Shown here piece by piece: positions 1-9,460 of a DNA stretch of 64,000 bases; the first letter of the stretch is position 1; every line of letters starts with the position of its first letter. A program made the translations under genes and the position numbers. The stretch comes from an uncultured Christensenellaceae bacterium. Its GTDB lineage: Bacteria > Bacillota > Clostridia > Christensenellales > UMGS416. Under the pieces are notes generated by a model. That model was given only the letters and a program-made list of their open reading frames with translations, was not told where the DNA came from and searched no databases. The DNA lies in NCBI GenBank assembly GCA_944376795.1, contig CALWDW010000001.1:8915-72914 (forward strand). The letters run 5' to 3'.

Positions 1-549
1 CAACAGCCCTGCCATGTCCTTGATGCAAATGGAACTGGCACCCATCTTCTGGCACTGGAGAGCCAGGTCGGCAAAGTATTCCAGGGTATGGACGGGGCTG
101 GTGGTATAACTCAGAGCAACCTGGGCATGGCCCTTATACTTTACACAAGCCTTGACAGCCGTCTCCACATTTCGCACATCATTTAGCGCGTCAAAAATGC
201 GAATCACATCGATACCATTGGCGATGGCAGCTTTGACAAAAGCATCCACCATATCGTCAGCATAGTGCTTATAACCCAGCAGATTCTGTCCGCGCAGCAG
301 CATCTGCAAAGGCGTATTCGGAATGGCTTCCTTCAAGCGGCGAAGGCGGTCCCACGGATCCTCGTGGAGATAGCGCAGGCAAGAGTCATACGTAGCGCCA
401 CCCCAGCATTCCAGCGACCAGTACCCCACCTGATCCAGCTTAGGCGCCACAGGCAGCATCTCTTCGGTGGTCATGCGGGTGGCGGCCTGCGACTGATGCG
501 CGTCACGGAGGATGGTCTCCGTAATTCTTACTTTATGTTCTTTAGCCAT
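1..549 (-). CDS. oadA: Oxaloacetate decarboxylase alpha / pyruvate carboxyltransferase subunit (N-terminal part; runs off the window start)
   Basis: Manual translation from ATG at 549: [26 protein letters not shown]...[22 protein letters not shown]...[17 protein letters not shown]...[10 protein letters not shown]. Contains the RDAHQS and WGGATYD motifs. Not in the ORF track because it is truncated. Confidence 0.92.
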   Translation of the reverse strand, partial: MAKEHKVRITETILRDAHQSQAATRMTTEEMLPVAPKLDQVGYWSLECWGGATYDSCLRYLHEDPWDRLRRLKEAIPNTPLQMLLRGQNLLGYKHYADDMVDAFVKAAIANGIDVIRIFDALNDVRNVETAVKACVKYKGHAQVALSYTTSPVHTLEYFADLALQCQKMGASSICIKDMAGLL

Positions 550-578
550 AAAACGGGCCTCCCTTCATATCAATAGCG

Positions 579-1772
579 TTACATAAACATGGCCAAGAAG
601 ATACCGGCGGCCACAGCCGAGCCAATGACTCCTGCCACATTGGGTCCCATAGCGTGCATCAGCAGGAAATTGGCAGGATTCTCTTTCTGGCCCACCACCT
701 GGGAAACACGTGCGGCCATTGGAACGGCCGAAACGCCAGCGGAACCAATCAGAGGATTGACCTTGCCTCCGGTAAACTTGCACATGATCTTCCCGAAAAG
801 CAGTCCGCCAATCGTACTAAATGCAAAGGCAGCCAGACCCATCACGATGATGCCCAGCGTCTCAGGCTTCAGGAAGGTTGCACCATTGGCCGTAGCACCC
901 ACGGTGAGGCCCAGGAAAATCGTTACGATGTTGCACAGCTCGTTCTGCACTGTCTTGCCCAGGCGTTCCACCACGCCCGATACCTGGAAAAGGTTCCCCA
1001 GCATCAGGCATCCAATCAACGGAGTGGCCGAAGGCAGAACAATGGAAACGATAATGGTCACAGCAATGGGGAAAATAATCTTTTCCCGCTGAGAAACCGG
1101 GCGCAGCTGGGTCATGACAATTTGGCGTTCCTTCTTGGTTGTCATTAACTTCATCAGCGGCGGCTGAATGATCGGAATTAGCGCCATGTAAGAGTACGCA
1201 GCAACCGCAATGGGACCTAACAGATGAGGTGCCAGCCGGGTCGTGGTATAAATAGCGGTAGGTCCGTCGGCACCACCAATGATGCCGATGGAGGCAGCCT
1301 CCTCCACGGTGAATCCCAGGAAGAGCGCGCCAAAGAAAGCCACAAAGATACCCAACTGGGCAGCAGCCCCCAACAGCAGCGACTTGGGATTTGCGATCAG
1401 GGGACCAAAGTCGGTCATCGCACCTACGCCCATGAAAATGAGGGACGGATAGATACCCAGCTTGACACCCTGGTACAGATAGTACAACAATCCGCCCGTT
1501 TTGGCCAGGACGGGGCTTCCGTTCTCATCCAGCACCAGCAGTCCGTCTTTCATCTCGTAGACTGGCTGATCCATGAGGCCGGCCAGCGGAAGATTGGCCA
1601 GCAACATGCCAAAGGCAATGGGCAAGAGCAGCATAGGCTCATACTTCTTCACAATCGCTAGGTAGAGAAGAACACAGGAAACCACGATCATCACCGCGTT
1701 CTGCCATCCACCATCCTGGAAGAACTGTAGAATGCCCATCGATTCTACAAACTTCATCAATGATTCAAGCAT
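579..1772 (-). CDS. oadB: Na+-translocating carboxybiotin decarboxylase beta subunit
   Basis: Highly hydrophobic 397 aa; motifs FMGVGAMTDFGPL, IGIIGGADGPTAIY, AAYSYMALIPIIQP, GSAGVSAVPMAAR, MHAMGPNVAGVIGS. Confidence 0.95.
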   Translation of the reverse strand: MLESLMKFVESMGILQFFQDGGWQNAVMIVVSCVLLYLAIVKKYEPMLLLPIAFGMLLANLPLAGLMDQPVYEMKDGLLVLDENGSPVLAKTGGLLYYLYQGVKLGIYPSLIFMGVGAMTDFGPLIANPKSLLLGAAAQLGIFVAFFGALFLGFTVEEAASIGIIGGADGPTAIYTTTRLAPHLLGPIAVAAYSYMALIPIIQPPLMKLMTTKKERQIVMTQLRPVSQREKIIFPIAVTIIVSIVLPSATPLIGCLMLGNLFQVSGVVERLGKTVQNELCNIVTIFLGLTVGATANGATFLKPETLGIIVMGLAAFAFSTIGGLLFGKIMCKFTGGKVNPLIGSAGVSAVPMAARVSQVVGQKENPANFLLMHAMGPNVAGVIGSAVAAGIFLAMFM

Positions 1773-1808
1773 AGACTACCCTCCCGTCAACGTTTTGCAG
1801 CACAATCC

Positions 1809-2216
1809 TTACTGGATAGAGAGCAATACGTCGCCGGAGTTCACAGCCGCACCCTGGGTGACATTGACCGAAGCGATGGTGCCAGCCACGGGCGACATGA
1901 TTTCGTTCTCCATCTTCATGGCTTCCAAGATCGCCAGCACGTCGCCTGCGGCAACGGACTGTCCCACCGAGACGTTGACCTTCAAAATGGTGCCGGGCAT
2001 GGGGGCGGCCACCGTAGTCGCTCCAGCGGGCGGAGCGGCCACAGGGGCAGGCGCAGGAGCAGGGGCAGCCGCAGGCTTGGGAGCGGGGGCAGGGGCGGGC
2101 GCAGGAGCAGGAGCCGCCGCTACCGGCGCGGGCGCTGCAGGGGCGGAAACGCCGCCGATCTCTTCGACCTCAACTTCATAGCTTTTTCCGTTGACAGAGA
2201 TATTAAACTTACGCAT
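1809..2216 (-). CDS. Biotin carboxyl carrier subunit (MmdC/GcdC-like)
   Basis: Ala/Pro-rich linker followed by a biotinyl domain with the EAMKMENEI biotinylation motif; GGAGG RBS. Confidence 0.93.
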   Translation of the reverse strand: MRKFNISVNGKSYEVEVEEIGGVSAPAAPAPVAAAPAPAPAPAPAPKPAAAPAPAPAPVAAPPAGATTVAAPMPGTILKVNVSVGQSVAAGDVLAILEAMKMENEIMSPVAGTIASVNVTQGAAVNSGDVLLSIQ

Positions 2217-2278
2217 AAGAGATTTCCTCCTCAGATATATTCCGTAGCAATTGCATCCTTGTTATACATTCCCAGGCT

Positions 2279-2620
2279 CTAGCGAGCGGCACGGCTCCAC
2301 ACGGGGGCCTGCTGCCCAACTCGGCGCACGCTGCGCACCCGCAGCCGTGATCCCTCACGGCTAGCAATAGCCGCCACAGCCGCCGCGATAACGGCAACGA
2401 TTTCCTCCTCGTCCTGGGTGGGCACCGCCGGAACAGGTGCAGGCGCGGGAGTCGCCTTGGGGGGAGCAGGCGGCGCCGTAGGCGTCTTCTTTTTTCCCTG
2501 CCCCAGTACAGCGGTAAGCAGATTGATAATCCACACCAGAACGATCAGTACCAGGAAAACAATTCCCATCCCAATCAAAATGGTTTGGCCGCCAGTGGTC
2601 AAAATCTCACCAATAGACAC
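2279..2620 (-). CDS. OadG/MmdD-family membrane anchor subunit (gamma/delta)
   Basis: N-terminal TM helix GMGIVFLVLIVL, Pro/Ala linker, EEEIVAVIAAAVAAI motif; position inside the decarboxylase operon; GTG start. Confidence 0.85.
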   Translation of the reverse strand: MSIGEILTTGGQTILIGMGIVFLVLIVLVWIINLLTAVLGQGKKKTPTAPPAPPKATPAPAPVPAVPTQDEEEIVAVIAAAVAAIASREGSRLRVRSVRRVGQQAPVWSRAAR

Positions 2621-2637
2621 GATTCATTCCCTCCCCA

Positions 2638-4128
2638 CTACATCGGCATAACGCCGTGCTTTTTCACAGGGAGCTCCTCCTGCTTACTCCAAAGCAGCTC
2701 CAGAGCGGCCGCAAGGATCGGACGCGTGAGCTCGGGCTCCACGACATCGTCCACCAACCCCAGCTGCGCAGCCTTCAGCGCCGCAGCCTGTTCGGCCAAG
2801 AACTTCTCCGTATATGCAGCCCGGGCAGCGATAGGATCGTCCGCCTTAGCAATTTCCTCTTCGTATGCAATTGTAGCGGCACCGGCAGCCTCCATAGCAG
2901 CCACCTGCGCGCTAGGCCATGCATAGATCAGATCCATTCCCAGAGCTTTGCTACCCATCAGGGCATAACCGGTTCCAATCGCATTTCCCGCAATGAGGGT
3001 CAACTTGGGCACCGTGGCCTCGCCATAGGCATACGCCAGCCGGGCAGCGTGCCGCACCAAACCCTTGTGCTCGGCATGCTCACAGGTAATCAGTCCGGGC
3101 GTGTCCACGATAGTAACCACCGGAATATTAAAGGCATCGCACAAAGAAACCATCCGAGCCCCTTTATCCGCTGCCGCGCCATTGATGACGCCGCCACGAT
3201 CCGCAGGGTTATTGGCGACAATACCCACCGTACGGCCGTTGATCCGCGCCAAAGCTGTCACCATATTGAGAGCATAATAGGGCAGGATTTCCAGGAACTG
3301 TCCATTATCCACCACAGAGGCAATGACGTCATGGATATCTCCCTGACCCGCTGCATACGCAGCCAGCTGGGGCGTCTGGCGGTTCAAATCGTCCGCACAA
3401 TCTTCACAGGGAGCATCCTCAGCGCAGTTGCTGGGCAAATACCCGAGCAGTGCCTTCACCTGAGCCATAGCTGTCGCCTCATCCACGGCATAGAGATGGG
3501 CCGTGGCATTCTTCTCATTGCTGGTCATGGCGCCGCCCAAGCCTTCAAAGTCCACCTGGGTTCCCGTAACGGCAGAAACTACCTGCGGCGTGCGTCCAAA
3601 GATGCCGCCAATTTTGTCCACAATCACTACGAAGTCACTCAGCTGTGCCGTTACCGCAGCCGCACCAGGGCAGGGTCCGCAAACCACGGTGATCTGGGGA
3701 ATCATACCCGATGCCTTGGCGGCGCGGCTCATCACCTGGGCATAGGCATCCATCGCCAGAAGGCCCTCCTGCACTCGCGCGCCCGCCGTATCAGCCAGCG
3801 TTACCACTGGGACGCCAGTCTTCACAGCCATGTCCAGCACCTTGCAGATCTTCTTTGCATGGGCCTCACTCATGGATCCGCCCATCACAGTGAAGTCCTC
3901 CGCAATGACGCAAACGCTGCGGGCATCTACTGTACCAAAGCCCGTCACAACGCCCTCGCACGGCGCTTCTGTCCCGCAGCGACTGCGCACGAAAGTATCC
4001 ATCTCCATAAAGCTTCCCTCGTCGAGAAGTGCGGCGATGCGCTCGCGAGCCGTCTGCTTTCCGTTTTGATGCTGCTCAGCGATCGCCTTCTCCCCGCCGC
4101 CTTGCATCAGTTCTCGTTTGAGCTCCAT
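2638..4128 (-). CDS. Acyl-CoA carboxyltransferase (MmdA/PccB-like), divergent
   Basis: GGGEKAIAEQHQNGKQTARERIAALLDEGSF N-terminus, GARVQEG, C-terminal KKHGVMPM. Start moved to ATG 4128, preceded by GGGAGG. Confidence 0.85.
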   Translation of the reverse strand: MELKRELMQGGGEKAIAEQHQNGKQTARERIAALLDEGSFMEMDTFVRSRCGTEAPCEGVVTGFGTVDARSVCVIAEDFTVMGGSMSEAHAKKICKVLDMAVKTGVPVVTLADTAGARVQEGLLAMDAYAQVMSRAAKASGMIPQITVVCGPCPGAAAVTAQLSDFVVIVDKIGGIFGRTPQVVSAVTGTQVDFEGLGGAMTSNEKNATAHLYAVDEATAMAQVKALLGYLPSNCAEDAPCEDCADDLNRQTPQLAAYAAGQGDIHDVIASVVDNGQFLEILPYYALNMVTALARINGRTVGIVANNPADRGGVINGAAADKGARMVSLCDAFNIPVVTIVDTPGLITCEHAEHKGLVRHAARLAYAYGEATVPKLTLIAGNAIGTGYALMGSKALGMDLIYAWPSAQVAAMEAAGAATIAYEEEIAKADDPIAARAAYTEKFLAEQAAALKAAQLGLVDDVVEPELTRPILAAALELLWSKQEELPVKKHGVMPM

Positions 4129-4318
4129 AAAACTAGGTTCCTCCCTTGCTTTAAAATTCCCGGGTAACCTATATAGTCCAATGGCGGTATCCTTATGAGC
4201 AACCAACCATCTTAACCCTTATTCTATTATTCTCTGCGAAGATTCTTTTCCCTTCCCTAAAAACTGATTTTCAAAGAAACTTTTCCAGGCTCTGTCCTTG
4301 AATACAGCTCCCATCTCG

Positions 4319-5038
4319 TTAACAGTGCGATGTCCTTGCCTTCAACAGTTCATTTCGTTCCGCATCTGTAATGAGACGCCTCTCTCCCGGCTGCAGCCCG
4401 TTCAGGCTGATAGGACCCAACCGGTTGCGGAGAAGATACTGCACCGAATAGCCCACGGCGTCAAACATGCGCCGCACCTGCCGATTTCTCCCTTCGTGTA
4501 TGGTGATCTCCAAAAGCGTTGTCTCCCTCCGCCGCTCCAAGATCTTCAGAGCCGCCGGAGCCGTCATTCCATCCTCCAGCATGATTCCCCGCTCCAATGC
4601 CCGCCTATCTTCCGGACGAAGAATCCCACGAATCACAGTTAGGTACGTCTTCTCCATAACATAGCGGGGATGGGCTACAACCTGCGCCAAATCTCCGTCA
4701 TTGGTTACCAAAAGAAGTCCTTCGGTATCATAATCCAGCCGCCCCACAGGATAAAACCTTCCGGGCAGATCGCGAAAATAGTCGGCAACTGTTGGCCGCC
4801 CCTGCGGATCCTGCATAGTGGTCACAACGGCCTGCGGTTTATAAAAGACATACGTCATCCAGGCATCTGGCAACCGGATTGGGACGCCATCCACGCGAAC
4901 ATCCTGTCCGGCTTCCACTTGCGATCCCATTTCCCGAATGGTTCTTCCGTCCACCGTCACCCTCCCTTGGGTAATGAGTTCCTCACTGTGCCTGCGAGAT
5001 GCCACTCCGCACATAGCCATGTATTTTTGTAGACGCAT
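4319..5038 (-). CDS. rluB: 23S rRNA pseudouridine synthase (RluB/RsuA family)
   Basis: MRLQKYMA...GVASRR S4 domain, GRLDYDTEGLLL catalytic motif, EGRNRQVRRM. Confidence 0.9.
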   Translation of the reverse strand: MRLQKYMAMCGVASRRHSEELITQGRVTVDGRTIREMGSQVEAGQDVRVDGVPIRLPDAWMTYVFYKPQAVVTTMQDPQGRPTVADYFRDLPGRFYPVGRLDYDTEGLLLVTNDGDLAQVVAHPRYVMEKTYLTVIRGILRPEDRRALERGIMLEDGMTAPAALKILERRRETTLLEITIHEGRNRQVRRMFDAVGYSVQYLLRNRLGPISLNGLQPGERRLITDAERNELLKARTSHC

Positions 5039-5115
5039 AAGCCGATCTCCAATCTCTGAAAAAGCGGCAGAGCCCCTAAGCGCCGCCGCTGACGATATCA
5101 TATATCCGTATCCTA

Positions 5116-6234
5116 TCAGAAACCCAGCCAGTTTTTCAAGCGTTCCCAGAAATTTTGGCCGCCATCATAGTTCTCCTGGGATAAGATATAGGCAAACTGC
5201 GTCATGCCCAGGCATTCCACCCGCACCTGTCCCACAATCTGCCCCTTCTCGATCGGATAGGCCAGATTGGCATAACGTTCTACGGTTACAACAGGATTCA
5301 CTTTCTCATCCTTGGCGATAGGCAGATCGATAGAATCCCCATACGCGCAGGAAAGCTCTTTCTCCCCTACAAAGATTCCGTCGACAGGCGTCCCTTCCTC
5401 CAGAACGCGAACCATTCGGTACTGGGCAAAGCCCTCATTAAGCAGCGCCGCACTTTCCGGGAACATATCGTTGCAACGCAATACCACGCAAATGAGCTGC
5501 ATTCCATCCCGATAGGCCGAGGACACCAAGCAGCGTCCTGCCTTCGATGTGTAGCCTGTCTTAACCCCATTTCCTCCTTCCACCAGCTGCAGGATCTTGT
5601 TCTTGTTGATCAGCGTCCTATCCCAATCCCGTCCTTCCCATGGTATGGTTTTTCTTTCAGTTGCCACAATGGCGGCAAAACGGGGATTCTGCATCGCATA
5701 GGCTGTAATCTTCGCCAAGTCGGACGCTGTGGTATAGTGGTCCTCTGCGTGGAGCCCATGGGGATTCGAAAAGTGGCTGTGCACGGCTCCGATTTCATAC
5801 GCCAATTCATTCATGAGCGTGCAGAAACCGTCGATGCTCCCACCGACATGTATGGCGATGGCCACCGCTGCGTCGTTACCCGAGCGCAGCATCAGCCCAT
5901 AGAGCAGCTCTTCCAAGGTGAGCTGCTCTCCAGCTTCCAAATAGATCGAGGATCCCTCAACTCCCTGGGCTTCCGTGGGAACGGTCACCATGTCCTGAGG
6001 ATTTCCATAGGTCAGGGCTGTGATCGCCGTCATAATCTTGGTGGTACTGGCCATAGGCAGTTCCTGATCGGCGTTTTTTTCAAAAAGCACACGGCCTGTG
6101 CTTCCTTCGATCAAGATGGCAGCCTGTGCTGTACTCTCCATATCTGCCAGTGCCGGCGATGGCTGCACTGCAAGCCATGCCCCCATCGCCAAAGCTGCAG
6201 CTAGAATCCGCCTAGGCCAACGCATCAGCATCAT
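5116..6234 (-). CDS. D-alanyl-D-alanine carboxypeptidase (peptidase S11, DacB/DacF-like)
   Basis: Signal-like N-terminus; SxxK (ASTTKIMT), SxN (RSGND) and KTG (GVKTGYT) penicillin-binding motifs. Exact start uncertain (6225-6234). Confidence 0.9.
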   Translation of the reverse strand: MMLMRWPRRILAAALAMGAWLAVQPSPALADMESTAQAAILIEGSTGRVLFEKNADQELPMASTTKIMTAITALTYGNPQDMVTVPTEAQGVEGSSIYLEAGEQLTLEELLYGLMLRSGNDAAVAIAIHVGGSIDGFCTLMNELAYEIGAVHSHFSNPHGLHAEDHYTTASDLAKITAYAMQNPRFAAIVATERKTIPWEGRDWDRTLINKNKILQLVEGGNGVKTGYTSKAGRCLVSSAYRDGMQLICVVLRCNDMFPESAALLNEGFAQYRMVRVLEEGTPVDGIFVGEKELSCAYGDSIDLPIAKDEKVNPVVTVERYANLAYPIEKGQIVGQVRVECLGMTQFAYILSQENYDGGQNFWERLKNWLGF

Positions 6235-6670
6235 CTGCGGCAGGACTGGGTTCAGTATATGTCCCTGCCTTTTTGCTGTTGACACGAAGCAGTTCCTTGA
6301 TATCATTGCAGAAGCCCGGCACCAATTCCAGCAACCGATCTAGATAGGTTCCACTCTCAACGGGGAGCAACTGCACCTTCCCATTGCTGACAACGAGAAA
6401 CGCTACAGGATTGACCGAAACGCCTGCTCCCGTTCCTCCAGCGAAAGGGAATGCCGGAACCTCCTGACGCAGCGCAGGATCGGCTCCTTTCTTCTTCTCG
6501 CAGCTGTACTCCCCACCGCCGGACACGAAGCCAAGGCTGACGCGAGAAACCGGGATAATCACCGTACCGTCAGCCATGACCACCGAATCGCCAATGATGG
6601 TGTCTACATCGATCATGTCTTTGATGTTAGTCATAGTTGTCGTCATAATATCTTCGATCGGATGGTTCAT
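6212..6670 (-). CDS. gerW: GerW (YtfJ) family sporulation protein
   Basis: MIDVDTIIGD, IIPVSRVSLGFVSGGGEY, PFAGGTGAGVSVNPVAFLVV family motifs. Confidence 0.9.
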   Translation of the reverse strand: MNHPIEDIMTTTMTNIKDMIDVDTIIGDSVVMADGTVIIPVSRVSLGFVSGGGEYSCEKKKGADPALRQEVPAFPFAGGTGAGVSVNPVAFLVVSNGKVQLLPVESGTYLDRLLELVPGFCNDIKELLRVNSKKAGTYTEPSPAADDADALA

Positions 6671-7389
6671 GCTGATGTCCTTCTTTCATACGTTCTAGCC
6701 ATAAGATGGCTGATTTTTGCTGAAATTATACCTTGACTCAGGCAACGGTTTTTCCCCTTTTCAAAGACGGGACGCGCCGCCAAGGACAGCCGTGCCCTTG
6801 GAAAACGCCTGTGCAGCTCCATCCCAGCGGCCGCCAGCCCTCCCTGCAACACGGCGGTGGCAATAGCCAATAGGGCCGCCGCATCCCCATTGCACAGTTC
6901 GAGCTCTACCAGCAGTTTATCTAGCGCAAAAAGCCGAAGCACGAACTTGCGTATTCGTTTTCCGAGGCGAGAAGGCGGTTTCTTTTCCCCATCCGGAACC
7001 ACTTCAATCCAGCTCCCTTCTCTCCAGCGAAACGCAACGAGGGGCACATATCGGGTTCCCATGGTAATCCGAACCTGAATTGCCTCCATTCCCAAAAGGC
7101 AAATGCTCCCCTCTCCCCGATATGCCAAATGCGACATCTCTGCGTGTATCCGGCCGCGCAGAACCAGCATAGCCTTTATGTGCAGCGTCATGGACCCGGA
7201 TCGCGACATGGAATCCCACTCTCCCCGGATGCGAGCAGCTGCAAAAGGCAGTCCGCCCAATTGGGCACGGCAAACGGCCTGCAAACGGCGGTACAGTTCA
7301 ATATGCCACGTAACCTCCAGTCCTTTGACCGCCACCCAGATCAGATAGAGAACCTGTATCCCTGTTGCAATCCAAAAAACATAAGACAC
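6667..7389 (-). CDS. Hypothetical membrane-anchored protein at the ytfI (DUF2953-like) position
   Basis: GGAGG RBS plus GTG start, N-terminal hydrophobic helix, overlaps the gerW start; the family is inferred from synteny only. Confidence 0.55.
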   Translation of the reverse strand: MSYVFWIATGIQVLYLIWVAVKGLEVTWHIELYRRLQAVCRAQLGGLPFAAARIRGEWDSMSRSGSMTLHIKAMLVLRGRIHAEMSHLAYRGEGSICLLGMEAIQVRITMGTRYVPLVAFRWREGSWIEVVPDGEKKPPSRLGKRIRKFVLRLFALDKLLVELELCNGDAAALLAIATAVLQGGLAAAGMELHRRFPRARLSLAARPVFEKGKNRCLSQGIISAKISHLMARTYERRTSA

Positions 7390-7409
7390 ACCATCCCTCC
7401 TCTTAGGGG

Positions 7410-7439
7410 CAGTGTGCCTTTTTCTTGGCAGTTTTATAC
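7410..7439 (-). promoter_or_regulatory. Sigma-F-like promoter for ytfI-gerW-dac
   Basis: Minus strand GTATA-(15 nt)-AGGCACACTG versus the B. subtilis sigma-F consensus GYATA-N15-GGnnAnAHTR. Confidence 0.6.
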
Positions 7440-7449
7440 CTGCGCTTCC

Positions 7450-8013
7450 CTATCCTTCCGGAAGCACCATTTTCTCCTGTACCGCGTCCGGGCCGTCAGG
7501 CAGAAGCCTTCCCATCTGGGGCAGCTCATCCAGGGACGCTATGCCAAAGGCCCGAAGGAATTCCTCGCTTGTCCCGTAGAGGGATGGCCGGCCCAAAGTA
7601 TCCTTTCTTCCCATTTCCCGAATCAGCCCCAGCTGCAGCAGGGTGCGAATGGCATATTCGCTGCGAACGCCACGGATGTCCTCGACCTCTGCACGAGTTA
7701 CCGGCTGTCGATAGGCAATCACCGTGAGTGTTTCCAGCACGGCAGCCGAAAGCGACTTTCTCCGTATGGGGGAGAGAGCATCCTCAACGATGCCTCCAAA
7801 GGCAGGTTTTGTAGCCAGCTGGAGCTTATCCCCTACCTGCACCAGCGTCAGCCCTCTGTGTGACTGCTCGAGCTCCTCCTGCAGGGCAGCCGTCAGCACC
7901 GTCATCTCTTGATCGGAGATTCCCAGCGCTTCTCCTAAAACATCCAAAGGAAGGGGATCCCCTGCCGCAAACAAAACTGCTTCCAGCGCAGCCAGTTTTT
8001 CCCTATTCTCCAT
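7450..8013 (-). CDS. scpB: SMC-Scp complex subunit ScpB
   Basis: LEAVLFAAG, LSAAVLETLTVIAYRQPVTRAEVEDIRGV, GRPSLYGTSEEFL. Confidence 0.95.
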   Translation of the reverse strand: MENREKLAALEAVLFAAGDPLPLDVLGEALGISDQEMTVLTAALQEELEQSHRGLTLVQVGDKLQLATKPAFGGIVEDALSPIRRKSLSAAVLETLTVIAYRQPVTRAEVEDIRGVRSEYAIRTLLQLGLIREMGRKDTLGRPSLYGTSEEFLRAFGIASLDELPQMGRLLPDGPDAVQEKMVLPEG

Positions 8014-8746
8014 GGGACGCAAAGGCCTCCTTTCTTCTTTCAATGGTCAGCATGCCGTCTGTATCTTGCTGCCGTGCCTCAATGTATCCATCCTTGACCA
8101 GTTCCAGCAGCGCAAGGAATGTAACCACGACCTCTTCTCGGGTAGGCTGTCCCGAAAAAAGGCTGGTGAAGGTAACCTTGCCGCCGTGCAGAAGCCGTCT
8201 GCGTATGTCCAGCAGCTTTTCCTTGACAGTGAAGACATCCCGAGGGACTTGGTTCACAGAGGTCTGTATCTCGCGGGCCTGCAGTAGCTTGTCCTTCAGC
8301 TGTAGGAAGGCTTTTGTCAATGCCTCCAGCGTCATATCCTGCACTCGGACTCGTTCGTCCTGGTAACGCTCATCGGCCATGCGGTAGTGCATCAAAGCCG
8401 CTTCTTCTCCCATCTGCGCCAAAGCTTCACAGGCCTCCCGGTATAGCTTCATCTGCTCCAGCTGGCGAATCAAGGTCTCCTCTTCCTGTTCTACCTCCTC
8501 CAGCTCTTCCTGGGTAGCGCTGGGAAGAAGGCGGCGGCTCTTGATCTCCAGGAGACGAGCTGCCATGGCGAGGAATTCACTGGCACGATCCATATCCTCC
8601 GCCCCCAGATCGGCCATGTACTCCATGTATTGCTCCACAATTTGGGAGACAAAGATATCCCGGATATCAATGCGCGCCTCTCCGACGAGATGAAGCAGCA
8701 GATCCAGCGGCCCTTCAAAAAGGTCAATCGACACATGGTACGCCAT
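8003..8746 (-). CDS. scpA: Segregation and condensation protein ScpA
   Basis: FEGPLDLLLHLV, ASEFLAMAARLLEIKSRRLLP, VVTFLALLELVK. Confidence 0.95.
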   Translation of the reverse strand: MAYHVSIDLFEGPLDLLLHLVGEARIDIRDIFVSQIVEQYMEYMADLGAEDMDRASEFLAMAARLLEIKSRRLLPSATQEELEEVEQEEETLIRQLEQMKLYREACEALAQMGEEAALMHYRMADERYQDERVRVQDMTLEALTKAFLQLKDKLLQAREIQTSVNQVPRDVFTVKEKLLDIRRRLLHGGKVTFTSLFSGQPTREEVVVTFLALLELVKDGYIEARQQDTDGMLTIERRKEAFASHGE

Positions 8747-8749
8747 GGC

Positions 8750-9397
8750 CTACACGGCTCCCTCCTGGGGAGATACAGCCGCAAGATAATGAGGGCAAAG
8801 TGCCTGCAGAGGGCATATGCCGCACTTGGGCCGCTGGGAACTGCAAATCTCACGCCCGTGCCAAATCAGCCAATGATGCGCCGCCGACCACTTCTCCCGC
8901 GGAATCACCTCCATCAGCTGTTGTTCAGTATGCAGGACGTTATCCGAATGGGCCAAACCCAGACGATTGGATACACGCTGGACATGGGTATCCACCGCGA
9001 TGGCCGGAATCCCCATAGCATTGCTGAGAACCACGTTGGCCGTTTTTCGCCCCACGCCCGGAAGCGCCGTCAGGGCCTCAAGATCGCCAGGTACTTCTCC
9101 GCCATATTTCTCCAGCAAGATCCGGCTCGTTTCAATAATGTTCTTTGCCTTATTGTGATAGAATCCACAGCTGTGGATCCAGTTTTCCAGCTCCTCTTGA
9201 GACATCGATGCGAAATCCTGGGGCGTATTGTGGACGGCATACAGCTTACTGGTTACTTGATTCACCCGCACATCGGTACATTGGGCAGAAAGGATCGTAG
9301 AAACCAAAAGTTCAAAGGGCGTCCCGAAGTGCAGCCCGCAAGCTCTGTCATGATACCGTTCCTCTAAAATTCTCAGGATCTCTTCTCGATTGGACAT
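8750..9397 (-). CDS. nth: Endonuclease III
   Basis: LLVSTILSAQCTD, HhH LPGVGRKTANVV, AVDTHV, 4Fe-4S motif C-X6-C-X2-C-X5-C. Confidence 0.95.
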   Translation of the reverse strand: MSNREEILRILEERYHDRACGLHFGTPFELLVSTILSAQCTDVRVNQVTSKLYAVHNTPQDFASMSQEELENWIHSCGFYHNKAKNIIETSRILLEKYGGEVPGDLEALTALPGVGRKTANVVLSNAMGIPAIAVDTHVQRVSNRLGLAHSDNVLHTEQQLMEVIPREKWSAAHHWLIWHGREICSSQRPKCGICPLQALCPHYLAAVSPQEGAV

Positions 9398-9431
9398 AGC
9401 ATCCTCCCACCCGCATCGACATATTTATTTT

Positions 9432-9460
9432 ATTATATCCGCTGGCGGGTGCTATTGCAA
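9432..9460 (-). promoter_or_regulatory. Sigma-A promoter upstream of nth
   Basis: TTGCAA-17 nt-TATAAT on the minus strand. Confidence 0.7.

Noticed and set aside
2030-2150. Low-complexity GCAGGAGC-type repeats
   Set aside because: They encode the normal Ala/Pro linker of the biotin carrier; not a CRISPR array or VNTR.
2231-2281. Possible TAG read-through or frameshift at the OadG C-terminus (WSRAAR-stop; one extra C would give RAARLEPGNV)
   Set aside because: All functional regions precede the stop, TAG ends other genes here at the expected position (for example the carboxyltransferase ending HGVMPM), and no pyl genes are present. It cannot be distinguished from a natural short tail without reads.
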